Positions 1 through 11,929 of a stretch of DNA of 64,000 nucleotides are shown here, in pieces. Position 1 is the stretch's first letter. Each line of letters begins with the position of its first letter. The stretch spans positions 88,784,001 through 88,848,000 of the forward strand of contig OZ024747.1 in assembly GCA_964016885.1 (NCBI GenBank). The letters are read 5' to 3'. The notes beneath the pieces are model-generated. The model worked only from the letters and a program-made list of their open reading frames with translations, had not been told where the DNA came from and made no database searches. The translations under genes and the position numbers were made by a program. This stretch comes from Eledone cirrhosa. Taxonomy: Eukaryota.

Positions 1-1
1 C

Positions 2-1015
2 ACTAAGGAAAAATCCTTCCACTGTGAAATATGTGGGAAATCTTTTATTAAAAATTCCCATCTTGTTGTACACATACGTAGTCACACTGGAGAAAAACCA
101 TATCACTGTGAAATATGTGAGAAATGCTTTGTTTCTAATAGTGATTTAAATAGACACAAAAGAACACACACTGGAGAAAAACCCTTCCATTGTGAAATAT
201 GTGGGAAATCTTTTTCTCAGAATACACGACTTGTTAACCACAGACTTGGTCACACGGGAAAAAAACCCTTCCATTGTGAAATATGTGGGGAATCTTTTGT
301 TAGTGGTTCTAAACTTGTAGTTCATAAACGTAGACACACTGGAGAAAACATGTTTCATTGCAAAATTTGTACAAAATCTTTTGTTTGTAACAGTGATTTC
401 ATAAAACATGAAAGAACACATACTGGAGAAAAACCATTCCATTGTGAAATATGTGGGAAATCTTTTGTTAATAATTCTAGTCTTCTTGTTCACAAACGTA
501 GGCACAATGGAGAAAAAGGGTTCCATTGTGAAATATGCAAGAAATCTTTTGTCTCAAGCAGCGATTTAACAACACACAAAAGAACACACACTGGAGAGAA
601 GCCTTACCATTGTGAAATATGTGGGAAGTCATTTTCTGTGAGTCATTCTCTTGTTAGTCATATGCGTAGTCACACAGGAGAGAAACCCTTCCACTGCGAA
701 AAATGTGGCAAATCTTTCACCCAGAAACCCCATCTTGTTAGCCATATACGTAGTCACACTGGAGAGAAACCCTTCCATTGTGAAATATGTGGCAAATCTT
801 TCAGTGTTAATTCTACGCTGGTTAGCCACATGCGTAGTCACACTGGAGAAAAACCCTATCATTGTGAAATATGTGGTAAATCTTTCACTCAGAAACCTCA
901 CCTCGTTAGCCACATACGCAGCCACACTGGAGAGAAACCTTTCCATTGTGAAATATGTGGCAAATCTTTTGTCTCTAAAAGTGATTTAACAAGGCACAAA
1001 AAAACACACATTTGA
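2..1015 (+). CDS. Tandem C2H2 (Kruppel-type) zinc-finger protein, 5'-truncated by the window edge; 12 fingers visible
   Basis: The frame is open from position 2 (TKEKSFHCEICGKSFIKNSHLVVHIRSHTGEKPY...) through ORF 350-1015. It is a 28-aa repeat, F/Y-x-C-x2-C-x3-F-x5-L-x2-H-x3-H, with TGEKP linkers. Stop TGA at 1013-1015. Confidence 0.96.
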   Translation, partial: TKEKSFHCEICGKSFIKNSHLVVHIRSHTGEKPYHCEICEKCFVSNSDLNRHKRTHTGEKPFHCEICGKSFSQNTRLVNHRLGHTGKKPFHCEICGESFVSGSKLVVHKRRHTGENMFHCKICTKSFVCNSDFIKHERTHTGEKPFHCEICGKSFVNNSSLLVHKRRHNGEKGFHCEICKKSFVSSSDLTTHKRTHTGEKPYHCEICGKSFSVSHSLVSHMRSHTGEKPFHCEKCGKSFTQKPHLVSHIRSHTGEKPFHCEICGKSFSVNSTLVSHMRSHTGEKPYHCEICGKSFTQKPHLVSHIRSHTGEKPFHCEICGKSFVSKSDLTRHKKTHI

Positions 1016-1175
1016 GAGAAACACTATCACTGTGAAATATGTGACAAATCTGTCTCTAAAAGTGATTTAAAATGGCACAAAAAACACACACTGGAGAGAA
1101 ATCCTATCACTGTGAGACACCCTTCCTCTTTCAAATTTAAACTTATTGTCCATCAATATGTACACATTGGAGAGA
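1016..1175 (+). pseudogene. Decayed zinc fingers downstream of the stop codon
   Basis: Reads EKHYHCEICDKS-VSKSDLKWHKK (Phe codon lost), then a frameshift, THTGEKSYHCE, and the remnant KLIVHQYVHIGER. Confidence 0.85.
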
Positions 1176-2103
1176 GAAAGATGAAAAGTTCCATTCAGTT
1201 GTGCCTCGGTATGGCAACCTCTCTTGTGTTGGTGATCTATTTTTCTGTAGCTTGATATCTTTTACAGCCAAAACTAAATTGACCTATCTAATGACACCAA
1301 CATCTAATGTAGCTGGACTACATCATAGTAGTAATAAACATCGAGCTTATACTATCCCACTACCTAACAGGCTATCCATACACTGACAAAAATTGTTCAT
1401 TTATTTATTCAGGGGCAGTCAGTCTAACCAACTAGACATAGACTGCCACCGAGTCAAATATCTCCAATTTTATTTTTTACATTAGTCTCCATGTACCTAG
1501 TTTGTGTTTACCACGATTCCTTTATGCCATGCACTTGATGACCTCACTGGAATTATACTTTTTTTCTTCCTTTAATGTGGCTTCACCTACTCGACACATG
1601 CTTTTTTTAAAGGTAAAAAAGACATCATAACTAAACCATTTTATATATATACATACACACACATAAACTAAGCCATATTGACACTATATACATACATTCT
1701 AAGAAATATAACTCAAGCTTCTCTCTACAAACCTTACTCTGTGGATCAGCCATCTTTCTTTATTGAGACACATATAAAGTTTATAAACCTTCTTTCTGTA
1801 TACAGCTACATTTTTATTATCTTCTCTATTTCTTTCACACCCAACGAAGCATGGCAGCTTCATTTCTCGCATAGATGCGTCCTTTTGTTGCCAACAGTGG
1901 TTGTAGCCCTCAATAAGAACATAGGGAGCTGGAGTTGTGTGGTCACATTTGCTGCAGACCGTGCACTTAAAAGCCATCTAAGAGACCATGAACAGCCGTT
2001 TGGAGTTGGTGACGGTACCCACAATTTTATATATGAATATACATATACATCTGTGCTCAAGTATTGAGTACTCTGTTGCAATGATCTTACTACCTTAAGA
2101 CTG

Positions 2104-2138
<35 letters not shown>

Positions 2139-3334
2139 CATATATACACACACAGCTCACAAAAACACAATGCAAACCCTGGTCTGAGAATCGAGCTCAC
2201 AACCGACTTTGTGCATGTTTACTTGGAGCAACTGTTTAGAAAAAAATAAAATGGCCCCTGAAACTACTTCATGTTTTCTAAGCTGAATAAAAAACGTTAA
2301 AAACTTGGATTTTACTATTTATAAGGAGGTAAAGTGAAGCTTTATTTTATATTGAACAGTTTTTATTGTAACATTTTATGTTTAATTCCCTTCATAATGT
2401 AAACGATAGTTTTGTTTAGCTACTGCAACACCTTCCACGGTTATATGAAATAGAATTTAGCGTATTTTTATTATTATTTAACTTGGTAAATATTATATTT
2501 CTAGTTCCCTTCATGATATCCTCGTGTTTTGAAGGACTTTCTCTACATGTTCCTACCTACCACAGGTGCACTCAGTCATTCGAGTACCACAAGTGTCACA
2601 CTAGATATGCCATTGGTTTTTATTCTCCATCATGTCTAGCAACCTTCTGAATGACTTTCTCGAGTTTCTTTTCCATACAGCAACGTCTTTCTCCCTTTCG
2701 TTTGTTGCTTGATCACTTAGGGTATTTTGTTTATATAATCTCAATGTCTGAGGTTTTCTATATTAAATGTTTGTTTATACCTGTAAAATAATTAAATATT
2801 TGGCTCCGTTGGAAAACTGATAAAGTTTCTTTTCCAAAAGACATTCAGCTTTTTTCACATAAGAACCATCAAGACCGTCTGGCATGTTATCGCTCCACTT
2901 CCCAACCGATCAATGGTGCCTGGCTCAACCACCACTTTTGACAGGTAGGCAGTTATATATTCTGCATAGTAAAAGACAAAACTGGAAGATTTTTATTGAC
3001 AACGTATGTATACATATATAATAAAGTTTAACTTTTTTTTATTGACAATGTATGTAAATGACTTTCATAGTTATTTCATTTTTTTTAAAGATGTCCAGCC
3101 TTTTAGGTCATATGCAGTGTTGTTTGCCGTAAACAGAATGTTTTGATATTTACAAGTGGGAATGGCGAAGTTTCCTGAAGTGTCTGTTAATAAAAAGTTT
3201 ACATATTATATACGAATTGTGTTCAGTTTATTTTGATAATAAAGAAATCTTTACCAATTATATACGAGTTGTATTACTATTTCCTGTCTTTATGAGAAAC
3301 TGAAAAAGACGTTTTGTAGAAAATACGTTTCATA

Positions 3335-3500
3335 AAGGAGGGTAACTTCTAAAATAATAGAGTTGCTTCCCTTGAACAAAAGTAGTATCCAAGGGGAAAT
3401 AACTCAATTTTTCAGTAAAAAGTCGGCGAATTATCTCCAAGGTGTTCTGGGACGGGCCAGGCCCACTTAGCAATCGCGCGCCACCGCAATTCTACTGAGT
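3335..3500. promoter_or_regulatory. Small CpG-rich, promoter-like patch
   Basis: A local GC/CpG peak. Minus strand TCCCAGAACACCTTGG resembles the ZNF143/Staf motif, TCGCGCGCCA resembles an E2F site, and there is an inverted pair GAGTTGCTTCCCTTG...CAAGGGGAAATAACTC. Confidence 0.3.
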
Positions 3501-5034
3501 AGTTTTTTTTTGCAATTACGTACTTTTGACATTTTTTGTTTAAAAAAATAGAAACGAAGGGAGGTAATTTGGAGTAAATATATTTTTCTTATGAAAATCT
3601 GTATTCCGAACGAATTACTTCCATTCATTTCGTTTAATGAATAAACACTTACCTCCGTATAGACGACAGTCCAGCTACAGTAATTACGTGCTTCTTTCCT
3701 CCTCTAATCTGTTACTGACCAGCGTTTAGTTGGCCGCAGGACATATGCGCCATAAATCTGTTTCTTTGGTCCTAAGAGCTACTAGCTGGTCGTAGATAAT
3801 CCATTACTTTAGTTCTCTAGCATGGCATTGACCAGGGTTTGGGTTGCTGTAGTTTACATCCTTAAACTGCTTCAATCACCCTCACCTGGCATTGACCTGC
3901 GTTTAGCTGGATACTACGAGAAGTTTCGAGGTATAATACTAGTGCTTTGCCGTCGAGATACAAAGTCGTTAGGCCGGGCATGGTTTCTACAAGTGCCCTT
4001 TCTGTGTGCAACGCTAGATAGGTTGATGGTCCTTGTCCCAATAGATGAACCCTCTCTGTTCTGAGGTGGGGAGGTGATAGAAGGGAAATAAGTATGAAGT
4101 TATGACAAGTGTGGTGTGATGGGTGACAAAAAACTTAGAGGTGAAATTTATATTTTTTCTAACACGAGATGGGTGTAATTGTAAAAAATAACGTATTTAG
4201 TTTTCATTAGTTTCTTAATGAATGTTAACAAATACAGTTATGAAATTTAGACTGAATAATGTGGTGCCAGAGAAGTGGTAGCCTTTCCCTGCTAAACATA
4301 GCAGCTATATCTCCCTCAAATTACACTAGAAAGTGACTTATTATAAAATGTAATTCTAGATATACAATGTCAGAAATACTAAACAACACGAGTTAGTCAC
4401 GGCTGGAATAGAATATCTATGAACAAAATGTCAACTTCGTTAGTCTGACATGACAGAGGCCGAGAAATGAATTTCTATGAGAAAAATAATATTACACCCG
4501 GCACCACCCCACACAAAAACATTATAAATGAAGAAAAGATTAAATAAATGTTATCAAATATCTTAGACAAATGAATACAAGGGTAAAAATAAATTACATG
4601 AACTAACATTTGTATTCAAGAAGTTCGTGGTAGCTGGGGTGGGTGACAACGAAATTCTATCGTTGTTGGTGGCTCGTTTTACTAAAATATTACACGATCT
4701 AATAATTGTACATGAATATTACAGCGCCTTAGCTTCACTAATCCCTGAGATAATGTCGTGATGTTTTGGTTTGCCATTAAACATATTTAGATAGAAACAC
4801 AAATGTTGCAACGTGTAATTGGGAGTGTGTATATCATCTCACGTTTTGTTTGTAATTTTTGCCTTTCCTTATTTCTATAATTAATGTCTCTCTCTCTATA
4901 TATATATATACATTTGTAAATCATATTGGTTAGATTAATTACTTATGGATATTGAAATAGAAAATAAAGTTTAGTTTTTTAATAATTACGTGAATGTCAA
5001 ACTTCTAATTTCCCGGTCTTCCTGACAAGTGCTA

Positions 5035-6003
5035 CCTTTCATGGGTACAAGAATGGGCCCCAAGCTACACCAACATATTTCTCAGGTATGTTGAGGCTCA
5101 GATCTTTTCACAATACTCTGGCCAACCCCAGAGCTGTACGGTCGTTACATTGACGACTGTTTTGGCGCCACGTCTCTCACCTGAGTCCATTTCGACTCCT
5201 TTTTGTCCTTTCTCTGCTCCTTCCACCCTTCTACTTTGCCCCTCCGTCTTTTCCGCCGCCTACAATCTGATCCCTCAACATCACCCATTCCCCCCCTCCC
5301 TTCTTTCAAGCGTTGTTGTAACCTTCGGAACCTCCTCTTACTTCCCCCAACACATCTCTTGCATCTCACCCTTGTTCCCGACCACACTGCCATACATACA
5401 GCTTCATCTCCTACAACGCTACCCTTTTCCATCTCAATGACCGGTCCTTCCCGGTTAGGGACTCCATCAGCCTTGTCTATTGGCCCCGTTGTACTCTGTA
5501 CGGAGTTATATACCTTGGTCAGACTGGCCATCGTCTGGCTGACAGATTTGCTGAACACCTTCGGGACATCCGGGTCGGCAATCCGACTCCGATTTTCTGA
5601 CATTTTCAATCCGCCGGCCACCTCAGCGTCTTCGGGCTTGCACATTGTGCTGGACCCCCTGAATCGCCCTGGCGGTGGGAACAGCAACTTATTTTCTCCT
5701 TACAAACCTTTTTTCCCCCACCCATCTTCCTTTAATTTGCTCTGCCTTATGCACTGTATAACACACTAAACTACTTCTTTATCTTATGACACCTACTCGT
5801 TAATACATACATGTCCACTACCCCTAACACATGTATATACGCATACACTCACTATCTTTGTTACTTTACACAATACACTTTTAAAAAATCACACATTTAA
5901 ACATACACTTACACATTTAACAACACTAATACACACACACACCCCACTTTGCGTTCTAACTCGTTACCAATACTACCTAACGGTTGTCTAGCTTTCCATT
6001 TTC

Positions 6004-6034
<31 letters not shown>

Positions 6035-6200
6035 GTCTTTACTGGACCTTTCTTCATACATATATATACACATTTGTTTGTCACATCACCAGTCTGACGG
6101 CCAGATCGATACTGGAGTCGGGTCCATAACTCCTATGAGTAACCTTGAGCCAATCCTCTGCGAAACGCGCGTAACAGATCGATACACAATAAATATTTTT
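5035..6200 (+). mobile_element. Degenerate Penelope-like element: RT core, GIY-YIG endonuclease, C/T-rich tail and pLTR remnant
   Basis: Frameshifted translation gives MGTRMGP..Y.NIFLRYVE, LYGRYIDDCFGATS, SFLCSFHPS, RRLQSDPSTS and IYLGQTGHRLADRFAEHLRDIR. Hammerhead-like motifs and AATAAA follow at 6094-6193. Confidence 0.88.
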
Positions 6201-6354
6201 TATATGTAAACGAAACTTACTCGTTTTTTTTTCTATTAAATATATGTGTGTGTGTGTTCAGTGGAAGTTGTTTTGGTAAAAACAGGAGATAGCTCTCTAT
6301 ATTCGTAGTTTGTAGTTACGATGGAGATTCAGTATAAGAATAACATTAAGAAAA

Positions 6355-6563
6355 ATGCTGATGTTACATAAATCGTTTATTCATGTCAGACGGGCACACG
6401 AGGGGAAGGACGTGTTTTTCGCCTGTGGCATGTCACAAAATCGAATTTTCATCTGAAGATACTGTTCCCATAACAATAACAAATACATAAGTTACATCAT
6501 GCATTGCATAAGGGAACCGTTATAATAATTATTATGAATAAACGATTTATATAACATTAGCAT
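6355..6563. repeat. 30-bp inverted repeat pair (MITE or foldback-like)
   Basis: ATGCTGATGTTACATAAATCGTTTATTCAT (6355-6384) matches the reverse complement of 6534-6563 with 2 mismatches. Confidence 0.7.
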
Positions 6564-6714
6564 CGAAGCTTGCTTTCTCCGTTTTAGATATTCAAAACAT
6601 TTATTAGGTTAAATTGTTTAGCGGAGAGATGCTAAAAAATATAGATATATGTGTGTATAGACACACACACACACATAGGTAAATATATATATATATATAA
6701 GTCTAAAGTCTGTC

Positions 6715-6922
6715 TTAAGCTGGCAGGCTCATTTGACCGGTGCTTATCCTGGTTTCATGGTGTGAAGCGACTGAGAGTACAAGACTATCCCCTGGACAGG
6801 ATGCCAGTCCATCGCAGGGTTAAACTCCCAGCTATTGATGGTACTCATTTTTCAGCTGAGTATACTGAGTGTAATGAAGTGTTTTGCTAAAAAAAACAAC
6901 CCTCAATCCAGGAATCGAACCC
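6715..6922 (-). mobile_element. tRNA-derived SINE, family B (CORE-like middle)
   Basis: Reverse complement of the copies at 21117 and 24730; B-box GGTTCGATTCC. Confidence 0.75.
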
Positions 6923-7889
6923 ATATATATATATACACATACATACATACACAAGCACATATATATTTATATATGCGTATGTCTGTGTGTACACTTTCCA
7001 TTCATTAAATAAATACATGCTGGAAATCAAGCGAAATATACTACGAACGCAAATCAAAACCACGATTTGGACATGATTTGCCGGAAGCGTCTTTTTCTTT
7101 TGATGTCATATGAGATTGCAAACATAACCTGGAATAATAAAATCTCGATAAATTAAGTTGGTGGAAGGATAGGGCAGTGATAATAATTTTTAGGCCATTG
7201 CTAATGCTTTGTTTCACCATTCTGTGTCTTTTGATAAGGCCATTTACAATTAGTCAAGGTTAGTAATATAACTAGAGCTATCAAATAGGTCACTGAAAAA
7301 TTGCTAATATCAGATAAAATGGTGTTCAGCCACCAGAATATTTAAATCAACATTTACAGTGATGTCCAAGCTAGATGATTATCTTCGAGCAATCAAATGC
7401 GAAAAGCTCTCTTTTACAGTGAGCCAGCCAACGGCCAGTGTTCACATAAAGACGACTTGAAAACCTATCTTAGAATATGTGATATTTCTGCTTGCAGCAC
7501 GGAAAAGTAAAATAAATCGTATCCAGTCAGTACCGATGACAGTGCTATACCAAAATAAGGTGTTTTGAACACTGCCGCATCATTTCCTGGCTACCTTAGT
7601 ACATACAAACTTATGTCGGATGTTTTCGTTTCCATTTAGATTATTGAATAAGTTTTAAGCTCGCTTTACTGATCCAAATCCTCTGAACTACTCTCAGGAC
7701 CCAAATAAAGGGGGGGGGGGTATTGGACATTTGCTTACATTCTTATAAGCAGGGGGTGTGGTGTGTGGAATAAACGGGGGTTTGGGAAATCGGTAATTAT
7801 ATAGTGTATGTTCGTAAATATGGGATTTCATGTAATGATCTTTTTTTGTGTCACATGGTTTTTTTAAATGTGAAATAAAATTATTATTA

Positions 7890-8080
7890 GACGGTGAATT
7901 GGCAGTATCGGTAGAGGGTCGGACACCATGATTTGACGCATAGAGTTACGGCCCTTGCCATTCTGAGTTCAAATCCCGCCGAGGTTAACTTTGCCTTTCA
8001 TCCTTATGGGGTCGATAAAATAAAGTACCAGTAATACACTGAAATAATTGCTGGCCTTGTGCCAAAAGTAGAACAATTAC
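7890..8080 (+). mobile_element. tRNA-derived SINE, family A, short subfamily
   Basis: A-box TGGCAGTATCGG, B-box GAGTTCAAATCC, and core GCCTTTCATCCTTAyGGGGTCGATAAAATAAAGTACCAG, which resembles the Meta/MESC SINE core. Confidence 0.9.
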
Positions 8081-8554
8081 TAGATACTCCAGCTGCTGTA
8101 TCAATATTATCAATCCCTCACAATAAAATTTCGCCGGAGATAGATTAGCAAAATTTAATAAGGTGGTGGTGGTGGTTGGGGGGTTATTTAAAACCTGATA
8201 GCAGGTGTTATTTAATACTCTATCCTACTTGGATGGAGTAGGTTATTTTATACACCTGTGTTTTTTCTATTTCGCCAATCAAAATATAATTTCTGTGGAA
8301 GGGAATTACCAACCTACAAAAATAAAGGTAGTAAATCCGACCCTAATTGCTTCAGAACTATCTTGATTAACCCAAATGTGGGTAAACTGTTACAACGTAT
8401 AAGTCGATAGCAAAACTTTTGATTTCTTGTGCTCTAAAACTATTTCTGCTCAGTTTGGAATTTTTTTTTATTTTTACATAACCACTCAACTACCGACTGC
8501 CTCAGTATATTTATTCATTAAACGTTGTCTCATTGGTCGGGGGAGGGAGAGAAA

Positions 8555-8760
8555 AACATTTGATATTCTACTCCAAGCTATTATGCCAAATCTTCCTGGT
8601 TGTGGAATACATAATGCTATTTTTAGATGGTTAGGTAACTTTCTACGAGGAAGAACCCAAAAGATTTGTGTCAGTAATACAGTTTCTCATTTACGTATCA
8701 TTACAGCTGATGTATACCCAATGGAAGCGCGATATCTCCAACTTATATATTAACATCAAA
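8555..8760 (+). mobile_element. CR1/L2-group LINE reverse transcriptase fragment
   Basis: FD...GIHNAIFRWLGNFLRGRTQKICVSNTVS matches the typical GI.G..L.WI..FL..R.Q.V pattern. Confidence 0.7.
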
Positions 8761-8974
8761 TCACAAATTTAATCATGCGTGTAAAATGGTTTCATTTCAA
8801 CTATTTCTACTACGCTGATTATCGTCTTACTTACCTTATGAAGCTGTGATTCTACATACATTAAAAAACTACATCATCTTTATTTTGAATAATGTTTTTA
8901 TTTTTATTTTTGTTGTTGTCTCTGTTTACACATGCGTTTGTGTGCGCTATACTAGTTTGACAACTGCCACAGTG

Positions 8975-9185
8975 TGTCCGTGAGACATACACACCAAGTC
9001 CGAACACAATGGAACCAAACTCATAGTGTCACTGCCTCCCGCTCTACCCATCTCTCACTATTATGAGCAAATGGGGGCCGACGCGCTGACCGCCCCGTCG
9101 GACAGAATAGAGAAGGCGCTTCCTCAGAGGACGGTGAGAGAGACGCGTTGGAAGAGCCAATCCAGCTCAAACCTGCGGGTAGCCA
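8975..9185 (-). mobile_element. CRE-clade-like non-LTR retrotransposon 3' fragment
   Basis: Minus strand reads ELDWLFQRVSLTVL*GSAFSILS. The 3' UTR is shared with 31575-31870 and 55820-55935. Confidence 0.7.
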
Positions 9186-9293
9186 AATCTGTACAGATGG
9201 TGGTGAGCTGTGATTCTACAAACATTCTGTTGATTTTATCAAACTACATTTGCTTAATCTTTCTGTTTGAAGGAATTTCGATTGAATTTGCTA

Positions 9294-9803
9294 CACCGAA
9301 AGTACCCATCTTACAAACATCATACTTACGAACGAACTACCGCAGATACGAACAGTCTCACGAAGAAAAAAAATTTGTCTGAGTTTGAAATTATGTGGGC
9401 TGTTTTAGACCCTGGGTTCCTTCTTTTGCAGTATAAAAACAAAACGAAAACGTATCCACGATATGCTTTCGCAGAATTGAAAAAAAGTACTTTTTTTCTT
9501 TAACAATTTATTGTGATTAGCTTTAAAGTATTTAAATTCATTATCACATGTTATATATACCTCTATATTACATGTTATATATACCTCTATATACTGTATA
9601 TATATACCTCTATATTACATGTTATATATGCCTCTATATTACATGTAATATATATCTCTATATACTGTATATATATATATCACTCATATTGAAACCTGCA
9701 GTATCAATGTAACATATATAGGCTTATTGGTATGTACTGTGTTAGACGAACAAATCAACTAACGAACGGCCTCTTGGAACTTTCGTAAGCTGGGGACTTA
9801 CTG
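9294..9803. mobile_element. pogo/Tigger-like MITE with an internal 24-bp AT-rich tandem repeat (9545-9680)
   Basis: Right end TTCGTAAGCTGGGGACTTACTG-TA; degenerate left end AAGTACCCATCTTACAAAC. Confidence 0.5.
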
Positions 9804-9842
9804 TACTTTTCAGTTTTTTGTTCCAAGGTTTTCTGCGTAGAC

Positions 9843-10050
9843 GCAACATGGCCGAATGGTTAAAGAGTTCGCATCGTCGTCGTTAAGTTCTGGGTTCGAT
9901 TCCATTGTGTGGTATCTTGGGCAAGAGTCATGGCCTCGGGTAAACCCATGTCTTGTGAGTAAAACTGGGCAGAGGAAAACTGTTTGGAAGCTCAGCGGAT
10001 GAACTGTACCTGTAATTCAAAGGGCAAGCCTTTTCGCACTGGATCACATT
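9843..10050 (+). mobile_element. tRNA-derived SINE, family C
   Basis: A-box TGGCCGAATGG, B-box GGTTCGATTCC and CTTGGGCAAG. Related copies at 38233, 32170 and 31030 (-). Confidence 0.75.
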
Positions 10051-10059
10051 AATTTCATG

Positions 10060-10184
10060 TCCCTTTACGGTCTGAGTTCAAATCCCGCCGAGGTTAACTT
10101 TGTCTTTCATCCTTACAGGGTCGATAAAATAAAGTACCAGTAATGTACTGGGTAATTGATGGCCTTGTGCCAAAAGTAGAAACA
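10060..10184 (+). mobile_element. 5'-truncated SINE A with a 12-bp target-site duplication
   Basis: ATTAATTTCATG at 10048-10059 and 10185-10196. Confidence 0.9.
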
Positions 10185-10444
10185 ATTAATTTCATGAACA
10201 CTTACTGCTCACTGTCGACACTAGCGGAGGACCATTTCTTCCATGGTCTTCTATCTAAGACATTTAATCAGCCCTACCCTTTTGTCACAGCCAAACTCAA
10301 CACGAAAACTCAGTTCACCCCTTCCATACAGGGCTGAATTAAGCACTTAAAAGATTATAACGCCCCCATATATAAAGTCTGCAATTTTTCTGGGTGAAGA
10401 TTAGGGTAAAGAAAAGGAGACGGCCTGTCTCCCGGGAAAAGGAA

Positions 10445-10710
10445 AATTGAGAGGTCACAGCTCCGATACTATGGGCATGTGGTTAGAATGCCTCAAGTAA
10501 GAATCGCTGGACAGGTTTTACGGGTAAAACCAACTGGTAGGAGACCCAGAGCAAGATGGTTGGATAACATCTATGAGCTTGGCTGATCTCGCTTGGGGAT
10601 CCAGCCGGATCAGTTGGAGACGGTTGCTTCTGACAGGACCCGCTGGAAGGAGTGTTTGAGGACTTTGCCCCACGACCCTCTCAGGAATAAGTGGGTGAAA
10701 AAAAAGAGGG
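10445..10710 (+). mobile_element. RTE-clade LINE (Expander/Rex3-like) 3' end
   Basis: IERSQLRYYGHVVRMPQ...KPTGRRPRARWLDNIYELG*SRLGIQPDQLETVASDRTRWKECLRTLP. Confidence 0.85.
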
Positions 10711-11279
10711 TTAAGGTTAGGATTAGTTTCAATAAAAGGTGCTTATTTTGCTTAATGGTTAATCCAGCCAGCCGGCTAACTTATATATGTTATCCAACTT
10801 TGCGGACAAAGGATAGTTCATTGAAGTTTTTTAAACATTAAACTTCTCAACAGCATCTTTACTCTGAGGAATATAAAACAACGGCCCTGGCGATTTTTAA
10901 TTTATGGTATACCATAAACGCAATAATTTTAACAGTAAAATCCTAATTACTAGTGTTATTTGTATGTGGCATGTGTTAATGACCCATATGAAACGTTAAA
11001 CCTTGCTATTTCTGGGAGCGTTACTTGACCAAGTAACAACCTTTATCTTGTCTTTCGTTGTTATTTCCATTTTATACAAATTCATGCACACACACACTCA
11101 CGAACATAAGTAAAAATATGAATATTTGGCCTTGGAAGCTAACGGAGCAATTCGTTGATTTAAAAAGGAATCTACTTTCATCAGGTTTGTCAACAATTGT
11201 TCCACGGAGAATGATATCATGACCTCGTTTATTGTGTGTGCGTGTGTGTGTGTACCGTACCTCACTATAATTTGGAAGT

Positions 11280-11293
11280 GCACACACACACAC

Positions 11294-11326
<33 letters not shown>

Positions 11327-11559
11327 AAGAGAGAGGGAAGAGGGGAGAAGATAGAGAATGGGAAAGGGAGGGAGAGAGAGGAGAAGGGGGGGGAGATAGA
11401 GAATGGGAAAGGGAGGGAGAGAGAGAGCGCGTGAAGGTTGTTTTGGAAGAGATTTGAATAATGTGCGGGTTTTTTTTAAATAAGGGAAAAGGAATAAATA
11501 GAAAAGATAAATAATGTGAGAGAGAGAGAGAGAGTAAGAGGGTGGAGGAAAAAGTGTGG

Positions 11560-11596
<37 letters not shown>

Positions 11597-11735
11597 CAGC
11601 GAAAATAAAACAGCATGAAGGATATATAGAGAAAAATAGCGTAAGAGGGTGGGGGGAAAGGAGTGTATGTATACACACACACACACACACAGCGAACATA
11701 AAACAGCATGAAGGATATAGAGAGAAGGAGAAAAA
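11280..11735. repeat. Compound (CA)n/(GA)n/(TA)n purine-rich tract with 33-bp and ~40-bp direct duplications
   Basis: GATAGAGAATGGGAAAGGGAGGGAGAGAGAG twice; ACAGCGAAmATAAAACAGCATGAAGGATATA twice. Confidence 0.9.
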
Positions 11736-11929
11736 AACGCCCATCACTTACAACAATCAAAGAAGAAGAAGATAAACCATGGCATCTGGCAATTATCTGA
11801 CTACAGAAAGAAAGATATTCGAATATTTTTTCTTCCTTTTTCTTTTAAGTGCCAGTGACAATAGAACAACAACAACACCAGTTATGACTCAACTGGGAAA
11901 CAAACGGCACGGTTCACTCAGTTTTATTT

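Noticed and set aside
146-989. ORFs 146-526 (-), 629-946 (-) and 651-989 (+)
   Set aside because: Shadow frames of the periodic zinc-finger sequence.
1699-2010. Cys/His-containing ORFs (FKCTVCSKC on minus, ALKSHLRDH on plus)
   Set aside because: Neither strand gives a complete finger or knuckle; possibly an old LINE end but not assignable.
3780-4070. Coding-like GC-balanced block (ORF 3822-4064)
   Set aside because: No recognisable motif in any frame; likely an old TE fragment.
5145-5769. ORFs 5145-5687 (-), 5150-5440 and 5203-5769 as host genes
   Set aside because: Pieces or antisense of the frameshifted Penelope ORF.
11098-11220. Short ORF MISFSVEQLL... with an eh1-like motif
   Set aside because: Only 40 aa with no splice or homology support; probably chance or a uORF.
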